From positions 832,001-896,000 of the forward strand of contig CAWCUS010000006.1 of assembly GCA_963798845.1 (NCBI GenBank): DNA of 64,000 nucleotides, in the 5' to 3' direction. The first letter of the stretch is position 1. Each line of letters begins with the position of its first letter. Made by a program: the position numbers and the translations under genes. Below, piece after piece: positions 48,347 to 59,470 of the stretch. Source of the stretch: an uncultured Gemmatimonadales bacterium. Lineage in GTDB: Bacteria; Gemmatimonadota; Gemmatimonadetes; Longimicrobiales; RSA9. The notes under the pieces were generated by a model. It had not been told where the DNA came from. It searched no databases and was given only the letters and a program-made list of their open reading frames with translations.

Positions 48347-48780
48347 GGTCGGCCGCCTCCGCCAGACTCCAGCCGCACCAGCGGCGGGCCGCCGGGCGCG
48401 CCCGGGACATCCTCCGCGTGCCGGAAGCCGGCGGGGTGGAGGTCGTGGATCATGAGGAGGTGCCCGACCAGCTCGTCCACCGCGATGTCGTTCGGGCCAA
48501 CGGTGGAGTCGGGACGGGCAAGCCGCTCGAGCACGCGGCGAAATCCGTCCGCGTACAGGCCGAGGAGGGCCTGGATGGCGTCCAGCGCGCGCTCGCGCTC
48601 CGGGGCGGGCAGCGCGTCGAGCGCGGCCAGCGCCGCCTCGACTTCCTCGACCAGCCTGCGCGGATCGGCGCCCCCATCCGCCGCAGTGGCGCGGGAGCCC
48701 TGGCCTCCACTGTCACCGCGCTGGCTCGAACGGGTCTCGGCACGACCCGGGCGCCTCGCCTCCCCGGCGGAGCCGCTCAT
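48343..48780 (-). CDS. HhyE/NifU-position protein, N-terminal helical part only
   Basis: LLGLYADGFRRV..DELVGHLLMIHDLHP; directly after hhyL; no cysteines. Confidence 0.65.
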   Translation of the reverse strand: MSGSAGEARRPGRAETRSSQRGDSGGQGSRATAADGGADPRRLVEEVEAALAALDALPAPERERALDAIQALLGLYADGFRRVLERLARPDSTVGPNDIAVDELVGHLLMIHDLHPAGFRHAEDVPGAPGGPPLVRLESGGGGRP

Positions 48781-50567
48781 CCGCCGTGGGCCCCGAGCAT
48801 GGGCGAGTGAACGGTCTTGAGCGTCTTGCCGCCTCCCAGGTACATGTGAACGCCGCACGGGAGGCAGGGATCGAAGCTGCGCACGGTGCGCATGATGTCG
48901 ATCCCCTTGAAGTTCTCCCGGCCGTTCTCCTCGAAGATGTGCAGGCCCTGCACCGCGTCCTCGTACGGCCCGGGCGTTCCGTAGGAGTCCCGGGGACTCC
49001 CGTTCCAGGGCGTGGGCGGGTAGGGGTGGTAGTTGGCGATCTTCCCGTCGCGAATGACCAGGTGGTGCGAGAGCACGCCCCGAACGGCCTCGTGGAAGCC
49101 GCAGCCGATGGCGTCATCCGGCACGTCGAAGTCCTCGAACACCTTGGTCCGGCCAGCCCGGATCTCGCCCATGGCCTTCTCGTAGAAGAAGAGGGCCATG
49201 GCCGCCGCGTAGCCCACGAAATAGGCGCGGGCACGGTCGCGCTCGAGCGTGTTGGAGCGCTCGGGCACCTTCCACTCGAACTCCATCTCCCCGAACTGGG
49301 GGCTCTTCGGGAGCTGCATCCGTACGCTGTTGCCGGTGGACTGGACGTAAGGAGTGTCCACGCGGTTGGCCAGCGCGGTGGCCCAGAGTCGGGCGAGCGG
49401 CCCGCCGCCCGTGTCCATGGCCAGGTGCTCCCCCTCGTGCAGCCAGCGCGGGCTCATGACCCAGCTGTAGTTGCCGCCGAAGTTCCGTTTCTGCGGCTTG
49501 GGCACGGTGGTCTGGTTCCACGGGTGCCGCTTGTCCACCGGATTGCCCAGCGGGTCACGCTCGACGAACACTTCGCCGGAGTCCTCCCAGTCCTCGTAAT
49601 AGGAGGAGCCGAGCAGGATGCGGATGCCGAGGTTGATGTCCACCAGGCTCGTGGTGACCAGCTTCCCGTCCACGACGACGCCGGGCGTGACGAACATCTC
49701 GCGGCCCCAGTCGGCCATGTTCTCGTACCTGTAGTCCGTGGCGTCGGGGTTCATGAAGGAGCCCCAGCAGCCCAGCTGGATCCGACGCTCCCCGACGTGC
49801 TCGTACCCGGGGAGTGCGTCGTAGAAGAAGTCGAAGACGTCGTCGTTCATCGGGATGGCCTTCTTGACGAAGTCCAGCACCTTGAGCAGACGGCTGAGGT
49901 AATCGGTGAAGACCTGGGGCGTCGCCACCGTGCCCACGCCGCCCGGATAGAGCGTGGAGGGGTGGACGTGGCGTCCCTCCATGAGGCAGAACATCTCGCG
50001 CGTGGTCCGGCTCACCTGGAGCGCTTCCATGTAGACGGCCCCCTCGAAGGGGTTGAAGGCGCGCATGATGTCGCCGATGGTGCGGAAGCCGTGGATGTCG
50101 GAGTGGGGCGCGGAAGTATTGTTCGCCTTGTCGAGGAGCGACGGATTGGTCTCCTTCACCATCTGCTCGCAGAAGTCCACGAAGACCAGGTTGTCCTGGA
50201 AGATGGTGTGGTCGAACATGTACTCCGCCGCCTCACCCAGGTTTATGATCCATTCGGCCAGCGGCGGCGGCTTGATGCCGTAAGCCATGTTCTGGGCGTA
50301 GATCGAGCACGTGGTGTGATTGTCGCCGCAGATGCCGCAGATGCGGCTGGTGATGAAGCCCGCGTCGCGCGGGTCCTTCCCCTTCATGAAGACGCTGTAG
50401 CCCCGGAACAGCGACGATGTGCTGTTGCACTCCACCACTTCGTTGTTGGCGAAGTCGATCTTCGTGTAGATGCCGAGGTTGCCGATGATCCGGGTGATGG
50501 GGTCCCAGGCCATCTCCACCAGGTCGCCGCGCTCCGGCTCGATCACTTCCCGTTCGGTCGTGGCCAT
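48777..50567 (-). CDS. hhyL: Group 1h [NiFe]-hydrogenase large subunit
   Basis: WDPITRI, L1 TSRICGICGDNH, L2 SFDPCLPCGVH. Confidence 0.95.
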   Translation of the reverse strand: MATTEREVIEPERGDLVEMAWDPITRIIGNLGIYTKIDFANNEVVECNSTSSLFRGYSVFMKGKDPRDAGFITSRICGICGDNHTTCSIYAQNMAYGIKPPPLAEWIINLGEAAEYMFDHTIFQDNLVFVDFCEQMVKETNPSLLDKANNTSAPHSDIHGFRTIGDIMRAFNPFEGAVYMEALQVSRTTREMFCLMEGRHVHPSTLYPGGVGTVATPQVFTDYLSRLLKVLDFVKKAIPMNDDVFDFFYDALPGYEHVGERRIQLGCWGSFMNPDATDYRYENMADWGREMFVTPGVVVDGKLVTTSLVDINLGIRILLGSSYYEDWEDSGEVFVERDPLGNPVDKRHPWNQTTVPKPQKRNFGGNYSWVMSPRWLHEGEHLAMDTGGGPLARLWATALANRVDTPYVQSTGNSVRMQLPKSPQFGEMEFEWKVPERSNTLERDRARAYFVGYAAAMALFFYEKAMGEIRAGRTKVFEDFDVPDDAIGCGFHEAVRGVLSHHLVIRDGKIANYHPYPPTPWNGSPRDSYGTPGPYEDAVQGLHIFEENGRENFKGIDIMRTVRSFDPCLPCGVHMYLGGGKTLKTVHSPMLGAHGG

Positions 50568-50578
50568 CCGTTCCTCTC

Positions 50579-51637
50579 TCAGCTCCGGGGGTAGTAGGGG
50601 TCGTAGCCGGTGGTGAGCGCGTGCCGATTGTGGCGCCATTTCGGCTCCTGGTTCACCGTGCGGTTCGTGATCTCACGCAGGCGGCGGATCATGCTGCCGT
50701 AGATGTTCACGGCCGTGCTGGAAACGGTGCCGCCGGGGGGCATGTCCATGAACGGCATGAACTTGTCCGGGAAGCCGGGCATCGTGCAGCCGATGCAGAT
50801 CCCGCCCACGTTCGGGCAGCCGCCGATGCCGTTCATCCACCCGCGCTTCGGCACGTTGCAGTTCACCACCGGGCCCCAGCAGCCGATCTTCACCTGGCAC
50901 TTGGGCGAGTTGTAGTCGAGGGCGAAATCGCCCTGCTCGTAGTAGCCGGCGCGGTCGCATCCTTCGTGCACCGTCTTGCCGAAGAGCCAGGTGGGACGGA
51001 GCTGCTCGTCCAGAGGGATCACGGGCGCCTGTCCGGCCGCCTGGTAGAGGACCCAGGTGAGCGTCTCCATGAAGTTGTCCGGCTGCACCGGGCATCCCGG
51101 GACGTTGACGACGGGGAGCCCGCCGGCCGATCGGAAGTCCCAGCCCAGGTAGTCCGCCAGCCCCATGCAGCCGGTGGCGTTGCCGGCCATGGCGTGGATG
51201 CCGCCGTACGCGGCGCACGTCCCGATGGCGACAACGGCCCACGCTTTGGGCGCGAGCTCGTCCAGCCATTCGTTCAGCGTCTTGGGGGTCCCGTCCGGGT
51301 GATTGCCCATGGACGTCCAGTAGCCGTCCCCGTTGATGTTCTCGTTCGGAATCGAGCCTTCGACCACCAGGATGAATGGCGCGTCCAGCTCGCCGCGCGC
51401 GGCCTTCCAGAACGGATCGAGGAAGTCGCCGTGGCCTCCGCCCAGCGACATCGCCAGCACCTTGTTGTGGAGATGGACCTTCGGCAGCCCGGGGACCATC
51501 CCGGTCACCACGTCCTCCAGCGCGGGCTGCATGGCCGCCGTCACGGACACGCTGTCGCCATCACAGCTCATCCCCTCCGAGGTCCAGAGGATGTGGATCT
51601 CGTCCAGGTTCGGGGTCGCACTCAGCTCACTGCCCAT
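50579..51637 (-). CDS. hhyS: Group 1h [NiFe]-hydrogenase small subunit
   Basis: SCDGD, GTCAAYGG, PGCP, HEGCDR, GCWGP, CIGCTMPGFPD; no Tat signal. Confidence 0.95.
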   Translation of the reverse strand: MGSELSATPNLDEIHILWTSEGMSCDGDSVSVTAAMQPALEDVVTGMVPGLPKVHLHNKVLAMSLGGGHGDFLDPFWKAARGELDAPFILVVEGSIPNENINGDGYWTSMGNHPDGTPKTLNEWLDELAPKAWAVVAIGTCAAYGGIHAMAGNATGCMGLADYLGWDFRSAGGLPVVNVPGCPVQPDNFMETLTWVLYQAAGQAPVIPLDEQLRPTWLFGKTVHEGCDRAGYYEQGDFALDYNSPKCQVKIGCWGPVVNCNVPKRGWMNGIGGCPNVGGICIGCTMPGFPDKFMPFMDMPPGGTVSSTAVNIYGSMIRRLREITNRTVNQEPKWRHNRHALTTGYDPYYPRS

Positions 51638-52010
51638 GGACCTCTCCTTTCGCCACTTCCGCCAACGGTTTCGCCATCTCTTCCACTTCCAGCCAGTCGA
51701 TGCTCAGCTCCTCGCCCTGCACCACCGTCAGGCCCAGTCCGCCACACGACGGGCAGCGCATCGGAAACGACGGCTGCACGCTCTCCTCCCCGCACGCCCG
51801 GCACACGCCACGGGCCTCCACGATGTCCATCCCCAGCGCCGCTCCCTCGGCGGCGGTCTCGCGCGTGATCAGCTCCCAGCTGAACTCGAGCGCCGAGGGC
51901 ACCACCTGCCGCAGGTGGCCCACCCTGAGCTGGACGCGCGTGACCCTGCGTCCGTCCGCGTGGCCGAGGACGGAGGCGAGGACGGCGCCGGCGATGGACA
52001 TCTCGTGCAT
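51627..52010 (-). CDS. hypA: Hydrogenase nickel metallochaperone HypA
   Basis: MHEMSIA, two CxxC, GEEL. Confidence 0.95.
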   Translation of the reverse strand: MHEMSIAGAVLASVLGHADGRRVTRVQLRVGHLRQVVPSALEFSWELITRETAAEGAALGMDIVEARGVCRACGEESVQPSFPMRCPSCGGLGLTVVQGEELSIDWLEVEEMAKPLAEVAKGEVHGQ

Positions 52011-52022
52011 TCACCCCTCCAT

Positions 52023-53188
52023 TCAGCAGATCCGGGGAAGCGGATCGCCGACCAGCAGGTCCATGACGCGTCGCCCGCCAAAGCCGCTCCTCACGATCAC
52101 CATCCCTGCCGGGCCGTCCTCCACGTCGCCGATCAGCGCCGCCTCCTCGCCCCCGGGTGACGCCCGCAGCGCCTCGAGCGCGGCATCCGCCGCATCGGAG
52201 GCCACCACGGCGACCAGCTTTCCCTCGTTCGCCACGTACATCGGGTCGATGCCCAGCAGCTCACAGGCGCCGGCCACGGCGGGGTGGACGGGGACCCGGT
52301 CTTCCAGGATCTGGATGGCCACGCCCGAGGCCGACGCCAGCTCGTTGAGGACCGAGGCCACCCCGCCGCGGGTCGCATCCCGCATGCAACGCAGCGACGG
52401 TCCCGCCGCGGCCAGGAGTGCGTCCACCGACGGCCAGAGGCAGCGGGAGTCGGACTCGATGGGCGCGGCCAGATCGAACTCGCCACGGGCCAGCATGATG
52501 GCCGTGCCGTGGTCGCCCACGCGGCCGGAGACCAGGATCCGGTCCCCTGGTCGCAAGGAGCGCGGGGAGAGGTCGGCGCGGGGGTCCAGCCGACCCAGCC
52601 CGGTCGTGCAGATGTACATGGCGTCCGCCGCGCCCTTCTCGACGACCTTGGTATCCCCGGCGACGATCCGGACGCCGGCGGCATTGGCCGCGCGGGCGAT
52701 CGCCTCGATCTCCTGGCGCAGCGTTTCCGCGTCGAGCCCCTCTTCCAGGACCAGCGAGAGCGTGAGCGCGACCGGCTGCGCCCCCGCCACAGCCAGGTCG
52801 TTGGCGGTGCCGTTCACCGCCAGCTCCCCGATCGAGCCGCCGGGGAAGCGGATCGGCTTGACCACGAAGCTGTCGGTGGTGAGCGCCAGTCCCAGACCGT
52901 CGATGGTGACGCGGCCGGCGTCGTCCAGGAGGCGGAGAGGGTGGCCGTCGTCCGTGGCCGTGGACCGGGCGACCCGCTCTGCACGCTCCCCGGGCGAGCC
53001 GCCCGGCCGGGGCGCCTCGCCGCCCGTGAGAACGGGGACGAAGAGTCCTTCGATGAGGGAGTTGGTCGCCTTGCCTCCCGCGCCGTGCGCCATGGTGATG
53101 CGCTCGTCCCTGAAGCGTGCCGGCATGGCCCGGACGCGCTCGATGCGGGCGAGCGCGTCCGCCTCGCGGGCCTGCAGGGTGGCGTCGC

Positions 53189-53192
<4 letters not shown>
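52023..53192 (-). CDS. hypE: Hydrogenase maturation protein HypE
   Basis: HGAGG, TTDSFVV, GDTKVV, RDATRGG, C-terminal PRIC. Confidence 0.96.
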
Positions 53193-54306
<1,114 letters not shown>

Positions 54307-54310
<4 letters not shown>

Positions 54311-54737
54311 CCGACCTCCCTGCTCGACGCGCCGCCCGCGATGATCCCGCCCGCTCCTCCCGCTCCTCCCGCTCCTCCCGCTCCTCCCGCTCCTCCCGCT
54401 CGTCGCGCTCGCCCCGCTCGTCCGCTCGCTCCCCTCCCAGGCTGACCAGCGCCGTCCCCGCGTGGACGAGCAGCACATCGCCGATCTCGACGCGGTCCAA
54501 CAGACCGGTCATGACATCCGACCGGGAGCCGCTCGCGTCCTCGCACCAAGCCAGGCCATCGGAGGTGAGCGCGACCACCCGCATGGCTATCCCCTCATCC
54601 GCGCACGTGACGCAGTGGCCGTCCTCGCACCTGGGGGCAGGCGCGGGATGCAGAGGCGAGCGCTGTCGGGGGGGGCGGCTGTCCAGGGGGCGGGGCGCCA
54701 GGTGGAGCATGGGGCCGTTTCGCATGCGACCGCTCAC
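54307..54737 (-). CDS. HypC-like protein with CxxxxCxxC (3' end uncertain)
   Basis: CEDGHCVTCADEG..GDVLLVHAGTA. As read it runs to 54009 inside hypD; the natural stop is probably the ATGA at 54307-54310. Confidence 0.65.
54350..54400. repeat. 9-bp tandem repeat (cccgctcct), 5 full copies plus a partial one
   Basis: Read directly; encodes (ERE)n on the minus strand. Confidence 0.9.
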
Positions 54738-55012
54738 TGGATGGCGCTGGTGCGGAGCTCCTCGAGCTCGGTCTCGTATTCCCTGCCCATCGCCTCGAGG
54801 ATCCGGAGCGTGGCGGCGGCTTCCGCTTCGTCCACCTTCGAGATCGCGAAGCCCACGTGGACGAGGACCCAGTCATCTGGCCCGACACCGCCGTCATCCG
54901 AGTCGAGGAGGCCGATGTTCACCGTCCGAACCACACCCGCCACGCTGACTCGGGCAAGCCGCCTCTCCTCGTCGGAGACCTCCACCACCTGCGCCGGGAT
55001 GGCCAGGCACAT
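54734..55012 (-). CDS. hypC: Hydrogenase chaperone HypC
   Basis: MCLAIPA, WVLVHVGFA. Confidence 0.96.
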   Translation of the reverse strand: MCLAIPAQVVEVSDEERRLARVSVAGVVRTVNIGLLDSDDGGVGPDDWVLVHVGFAISKVDEAEAAATLRILEAMGREYETELEELRTSAIQ

Positions 55013-55430
55013 GGGCCTTCCTCCGCTGCGAGGGACAGGAAACGGCGGCTCCCTGGGGCAGGGACCGCCGCTACACGTACCGCTCTATGTGTCGAAGAGG
55101 CGGACCCCGGTGCGGGGACCGCCTCTGCACGGACTGCCCATGTGAGGAGGAGACGCTGCGGCCGGACCGCTCTCACATCTCCCGCTTCCTTTCGGGACGG
55201 TCGTGTTCGGGAACGACCGCCTCTCGGCCTGCCCCATCCCGGGGCGGCCGGGTCGCATCTCTACGAGATCGGAGGGCGTGTCAAGCCGCGCCGATGCTCC
55301 GTGGGCGGCCGGCAAGGGGCCGACTCACCCGACGCTCCCGGACACGCATGGATTGCGCCCGGGCGACTCCTTTGCACGGCTTCGATGCCCGACCTGCGGG
55401 CCGAGGCGCGGCCGGCCTACCCCACCGGGA

Positions 55431-56513
55431 CTAGTGCGCCACGGCCAGCGCTGAGCGCAGCGCACCCACCGCGTGTTCGTCTACCGCGAGCTGCCGAGGG
55501 TGCGGGTCGCACCGGGCCAGATCCAGGCTGAGCGCTCCCCGGCTCGTGCCCACGTGCGCGGTGATGGCTGCGGGCGTGCCGCCCGTCCGGGCTGCGGCCG
55601 TGACCTCCAGCTCGATCCACAGGGCGGAGCCGGGCGGGCGCTCGGCGAGCCAGCGCTCCATGCCGCCGAGATAGGAGCCCCATTCGTCGCCCGGGATGTA
55701 GTCCCGGACCACGGTCTGGGCGACGATCGCGAGAACGTCGTCGCTCCCGCGCGGGAGCCGCTCCGGCACTTCGCCCGCGCGCGCGATTTCGAGGCTCGGC
55801 GCCGCGTCCGCCGCGTGCAGCCGGCGGAACGCCGCGATGGCGTCCCGGAGCCGCGCTTCCCGGTCGCCCTGGCCGGGCCAGACACAGGCGAGGAGCCAGC
55901 GAGCGTCGTCCTCGTCGAGCACGTCGAGCGGGCGCGGATCGAAGCCCGTGCGGGCGAGGACAGGCCCCGACGGCGAAACCGTCAGCGGCGCGCCGTCCTC
56001 CCGCGACCAGGTGGGCGTGAGGTGGTCCGCCACGAGGTTGAGCCCGGCGCTGGTCCCCACGTCGAAGAGCGCGATGGGACGGCCCGGGTGGGCCTCCTCC
56101 GCCACACGGGCCGGCCATCGCCACGCCACGGCGCGAGAAGTTTCGTTCGTCTGGACGTGCCGGTTGCGGACGATGCGCCAGAAGCGCTCGGAATCGGGGC
56201 GGAGAGCCCGCCGCACCGCCGACGAGGTCAGCGTCGACGGCTCGGGGGGAGAGCCAGCGATGCCCTGCCACAGCGGGTGCGTCTCGCCTTCGAGCAGGGC
56301 GTCGTCGCGCAGCGCAGCGAGGAGGAGCAGCGGTCGCTCGTAGAATGCGCTGAATTCGCGGCCGCGCCACGCTTCGTCCAGCCTCGCCTCGAGCCCGTGA
56401 TCGAACTCGAGCTCGATGAGCTCGATCAGCCTTGCGTAGGAGGGGGCGCGTGAACGAACGAATTCACGCTGCGCCGCCAGGTCTTCCCTGAGGGTGCCGG
56501 GGCGGTTGAGCAT
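55431..56513 (-). CDS. DUF2332 family protein
   Basis: VQTNETSR, DVGTSAGLNL, GFDPRP, LLACVWP. Confidence 0.8.
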   Translation of the reverse strand: MLNRPGTLREDLAAQREFVRSRAPSYARLIELIELEFDHGLEARLDEAWRGREFSAFYERPLLLLAALRDDALLEGETHPLWQGIAGSPPEPSTLTSSAVRRALRPDSERFWRIVRNRHVQTNETSRAVAWRWPARVAEEAHPGRPIALFDVGTSAGLNLVADHLTPTWSREDGAPLTVSPSGPVLARTGFDPRPLDVLDEDDARWLLACVWPGQGDREARLRDAIAAFRRLHAADAAPSLEIARAGEVPERLPRGSDDVLAIVAQTVVRDYIPGDEWGSYLGGMERWLAERPPGSALWIELEVTAAARTGGTPAAITAHVGTSRGALSLDLARCDPHPRQLAVDEHAVGALRSALAVAH

Positions 56514-56575
56514 GGGGCCACGGTTGCGGAGTCAGCCCATGATCGAAGAAATGGCGCTGGAAAGTCAAGGACGCT

Positions 56576-56714
56576 GCGCCGCGAGCCGCGCCCCCCCGCG
56601 CCGCGAAGCGGCGCCCCTCCGCGCCGCGAAGCGGCGCCCCCCTGCGCCGCGAGCGGCGCCCCTCTGCGCCGCGAAGCGGCGCCCCTCTGCGCCGCGGAGC
56701 GGCGCCCCTCTGCG
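56576..56714. repeat. Tandem array of six 22-23 bp palindromic units (GCGCCGC-GAA-GCGGCGC-CCCTCT)
   Basis: Units start at 56576, 56598, 56621, 56644, 56666 and 56689; no unique spacers. Confidence 0.9.
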
Positions 56715-56733
56715 AGGCCGGAGGCCGAGCCCC

Positions 56734-57750
56734 TCAGTACGAATGCGTCCCGATCTTCACCTTCCCGCGGAACACCCAGTAGATCACCGCCGTGTAGGTC
56801 AGCACGAACGGCATGCCGATGAAGGCAATGACCCGCATGATCCGGAGCGTCTTGATCGAGCTCGCGGCGTTGTAGATCGTGAGGCTGTACGCCGGGTCGA
56901 TGCTGCTCACCAGGATGTGCGGGAAGATCGCCATGCCGAACAGGAAGGACAGCGCTGCAATGGCGGCCACGGACGAGATGAACGCCGCGACCGGGCGACC
57001 GCTATAGATGGCGCGCGGCACGTTGGCTACGGCCAGGACGTTGAGCACCACCACCACCCACGCGAGCGGGATGTCCCGGAAGTTGGTGGTTGCGTGGGGA
57101 ACGGTCGCCAGCGTGAAGATGGTCGTGAGCAGGTAGGCCACGAGGAAGAACCCGAACGTGCGCCACATCCAGCCGTGGATCCGCTGCTGCAGCTCGCCCT
57201 CGGTCTTGAGGTAGAGGTAAATCGAGCCATGCATGGCGAAGGTGGCCACCACCAGGATCCCGACGAGGATGGGGTAGGGCGTGAGCAGGCGGAGGATCCC
57301 CCCGACGAACTGGTGGTTCGCGCCCAGCGGCACGCCCTGGATGGCGTTCCCAACGGCCACGCCAAACAGGAGACTGGCGAGGAGGCTAGCGCCGAAGAAG
57401 GCCCAGTCCCAGGCAGCCCGCCAGCGCACGTGCTCCCGTTTGCTGCGGAACTCCAGCGAGACCGCCCGGAAGATCAGGGCGAAGAGGAGCAGCATGAAGG
57501 GCAGGTAGAAGCCGCTGAATGCGGCGGCGTACGCCACGGGGAAAGCGGCGAAGAGAGCGCCGCCGAACGTCACCAGCCAGACTTCGTTGCCGTCCCAGAG
57601 CGGGCCGATGGAGTTCATGACCACCCGCCGCTCCTCGTCCGTCTTCGCCAGCGGGTGGAGGATCCCGACACCGAGATCGAAGCCGTCCAGGATGGCGTAG
57701 CCGGTCAGCAGGACGCCCATGGTGAAGAACCAGAACGTGTAGATGTCCAT
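56734..57750 (-). CDS. cydB: Cytochrome bd ubiquinol oxidase subunit II
   Basis: LDGFDLGVG, PLWDGNEVWL, FRAVSLEFR, FRGK. Confidence 0.95.
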   Translation of the reverse strand: MDIYTFWFFTMGVLLTGYAILDGFDLGVGILHPLAKTDEERRVVMNSIGPLWDGNEVWLVTFGGALFAAFPVAYAAAFSGFYLPFMLLLFALIFRAVSLEFRSKREHVRWRAAWDWAFFGASLLASLLFGVAVGNAIQGVPLGANHQFVGGILRLLTPYPILVGILVVATFAMHGSIYLYLKTEGELQQRIHGWMWRTFGFFLVAYLLTTIFTLATVPHATTNFRDIPLAWVVVVLNVLAVANVPRAIYSGRPVAAFISSVAAIAALSFLFGMAIFPHILVSSIDPAYSLTIYNAASSIKTLRIMRVIAFIGMPFVLTYTAVIYWVFRGKVKIGTHSY

Positions 57751-57752
57751 GG

Positions 57753-59237
57753 TCAGTCCTCCTCGGGAGTCCGGTCGGACGCGGCCGTCCCGGGGCCGGT
57801 GCGGTGGTCCGGGTCCTCCGGGCCGTGCGCCTCGGTCATGGAGAAGCGGTCCTCCTGCACGCGCCGCGACGCTGCCTCCACCAGGTCGCTGGGGCGAGTC
57901 TCCGCCCGCATGGCCACGGGCTCCGGGCCGTGCTGGATCTTGTCGTTGAGCACGAGCACCCACACCAGGAACAGGAGCAGGTAGATGAGGCCGAAGCCCG
58001 CCAGGGAGGTCAGAACTTCACCCGTGGCCAGATTGGTGGAGAACGAGTCCCCCGTCCGCAGCAGGCCGTAGACGGCCCACGGCTGCCGGCCCACCTCCGC
58101 GGTGACCCAACCGAGCTGGTTCGCCGCGTACGGGCCGAGCACGGCGAAGACGAAGATCCAGAGCAGCCACCGTTTCTCCACGAGCGTGTCCCGCCAGTGG
58201 AACCAGAGGCCCGCCGCGGTGATCAGGATGAAGAAGAGCCCGAGCCCGACCATGATATGGAAGCTGTAAAATGTGATCGCCACGGGGGGCCAGTCCGATT
58301 CCGGGAACCGATCGAGCCCCGGCACCGTCTCGTGGAGGTTGCGGTGCACCAGGAAGCTGAGGCCGCCCGGGATCACCCAGGCCGCCCTGACCTCTCGCGC
58401 GGGCTCGTCGACGATGCCGAAGATGTGCAGGGGGGCGCCTGCTTCCGGCGTCCTGTACAGCCCTTCCATGGCGGCCAGCTTCGTCGGCTGGTATTCGGCG
58501 ACGATGCGGCCATGGAAGTCGCCCGTGATCGGCGCCAGGATGGTTGCGATCAGGCCCAGGAGCAGTCCGCCACCGAACGTACGCTTGGCGAACTCCTCGT
58601 GGCGCCCGTGGAGCACGTACCAGGCACCGATGCTCATGACGAAGAACGCGCCCAGGATGAACGCGCCGATGAGGACGTGGCCGAGGCGCACCATGCTGGA
58701 TGGATTGAACACCAGCGCCCAGAAGTCCGTGATCTCCGCCCGAACCGCGCCGCCGCTCTCGACCAGGTGGTAGCCGGCGGGCGTCTGCTGGAACGAGTTT
58801 GCCACCACGATCCAGACGGCGGAGAACATGCTGCCCAGCGCCACCATGAGCGTGGCGAAGAAGTGCATCCTGGCGGACACGCGGTCCCAGCCGAACACCA
58901 GCACCGCCAGGAACCCGGACTCCAGGAAGAACGCGAAGATCCCTTCGGCGGCCAGGGCGGAGCCGAACACGTCTCCCACGAACCGTGAATAGGCAGCCCA
59001 GTTGGTTCCGAACTGGAACTCCATGACGATCCCCGTGGCCACGCCCATGGCGAAGTTCACGGCGAAGATCTTGGTCCAGAACCGCGCGGCGGACTCGTAT
59101 TCCGGGTCCCGCGTCCGGAGGTACTGCGCTTCCAGGTAGACCATCACTGCGCCGAGCCCGATGGTCAGAGGCGGGAAGATGTAGTGGAACATCACTGTCG
59201 CGGCGAACTGGATTCGCGATAGCAGCAGTACGTCCAT
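57753..59237 (-). CDS. cydA: Cytochrome bd ubiquinol oxidase subunit I
   Basis: [38 protein letters not shown]. Confidence 0.96.
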   Translation of the reverse strand: MDVLLLSRIQFAATVMFHYIFPPLTIGLGAVMVYLEAQYLRTRDPEYESAARFWTKIFAVNFAMGVATGIVMEFQFGTNWAAYSRFVGDVFGSALAAEGIFAFFLESGFLAVLVFGWDRVSARMHFFATLMVALGSMFSAVWIVVANSFQQTPAGYHLVESGGAVRAEITDFWALVFNPSSMVRLGHVLIGAFILGAFFVMSIGAWYVLHGRHEEFAKRTFGGGLLLGLIATILAPITGDFHGRIVAEYQPTKLAAMEGLYRTPEAGAPLHIFGIVDEPAREVRAAWVIPGGLSFLVHRNLHETVPGLDRFPESDWPPVAITFYSFHIMVGLGLFFILITAAGLWFHWRDTLVEKRWLLWIFVFAVLGPYAANQLGWVTAEVGRQPWAVYGLLRTGDSFSTNLATGEVLTSLAGFGLIYLLLFLVWVLVLNDKIQHGPEPVAMRAETRPSDLVEAASRRVQEDRFSMTEAHGPEDPDHRTGPGTAASDRTPEED

Positions 59238-59470
59238 ACGCGCAAGCTCCCGTTAGGCTCGCCGGATTGACGGGAAGGGCTGCGCGCATTGTACCGGGAG
59301 CCGGGGCGGCCAACAAGGACATTCACGCCGGCGCGAGCCGCCTGCGGCGCGCGTCATCCGGCGACGACCCGGCTCGACCTCCCCGCCGGTGGCCGATTCT
59401 CCCCGGACCGGGGGTCGCGGGCAAGCACTTCTTCCGTGAGCCTCGACCTTCTCCATGCGGCAGCGGAGGC

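Noticed and set aside
55013..55430. Leader of the hydrogenase operon (TTGACA at 55279-55284 on the minus strand, small hairpins, short ORFs)
   Set aside because: No convincing -10 element, riboswitch or coding signal by eye.
56576..56714. Possible CRISPR array
   Set aside because: The repeats abut without unique spacers and there are no cas genes in the window.
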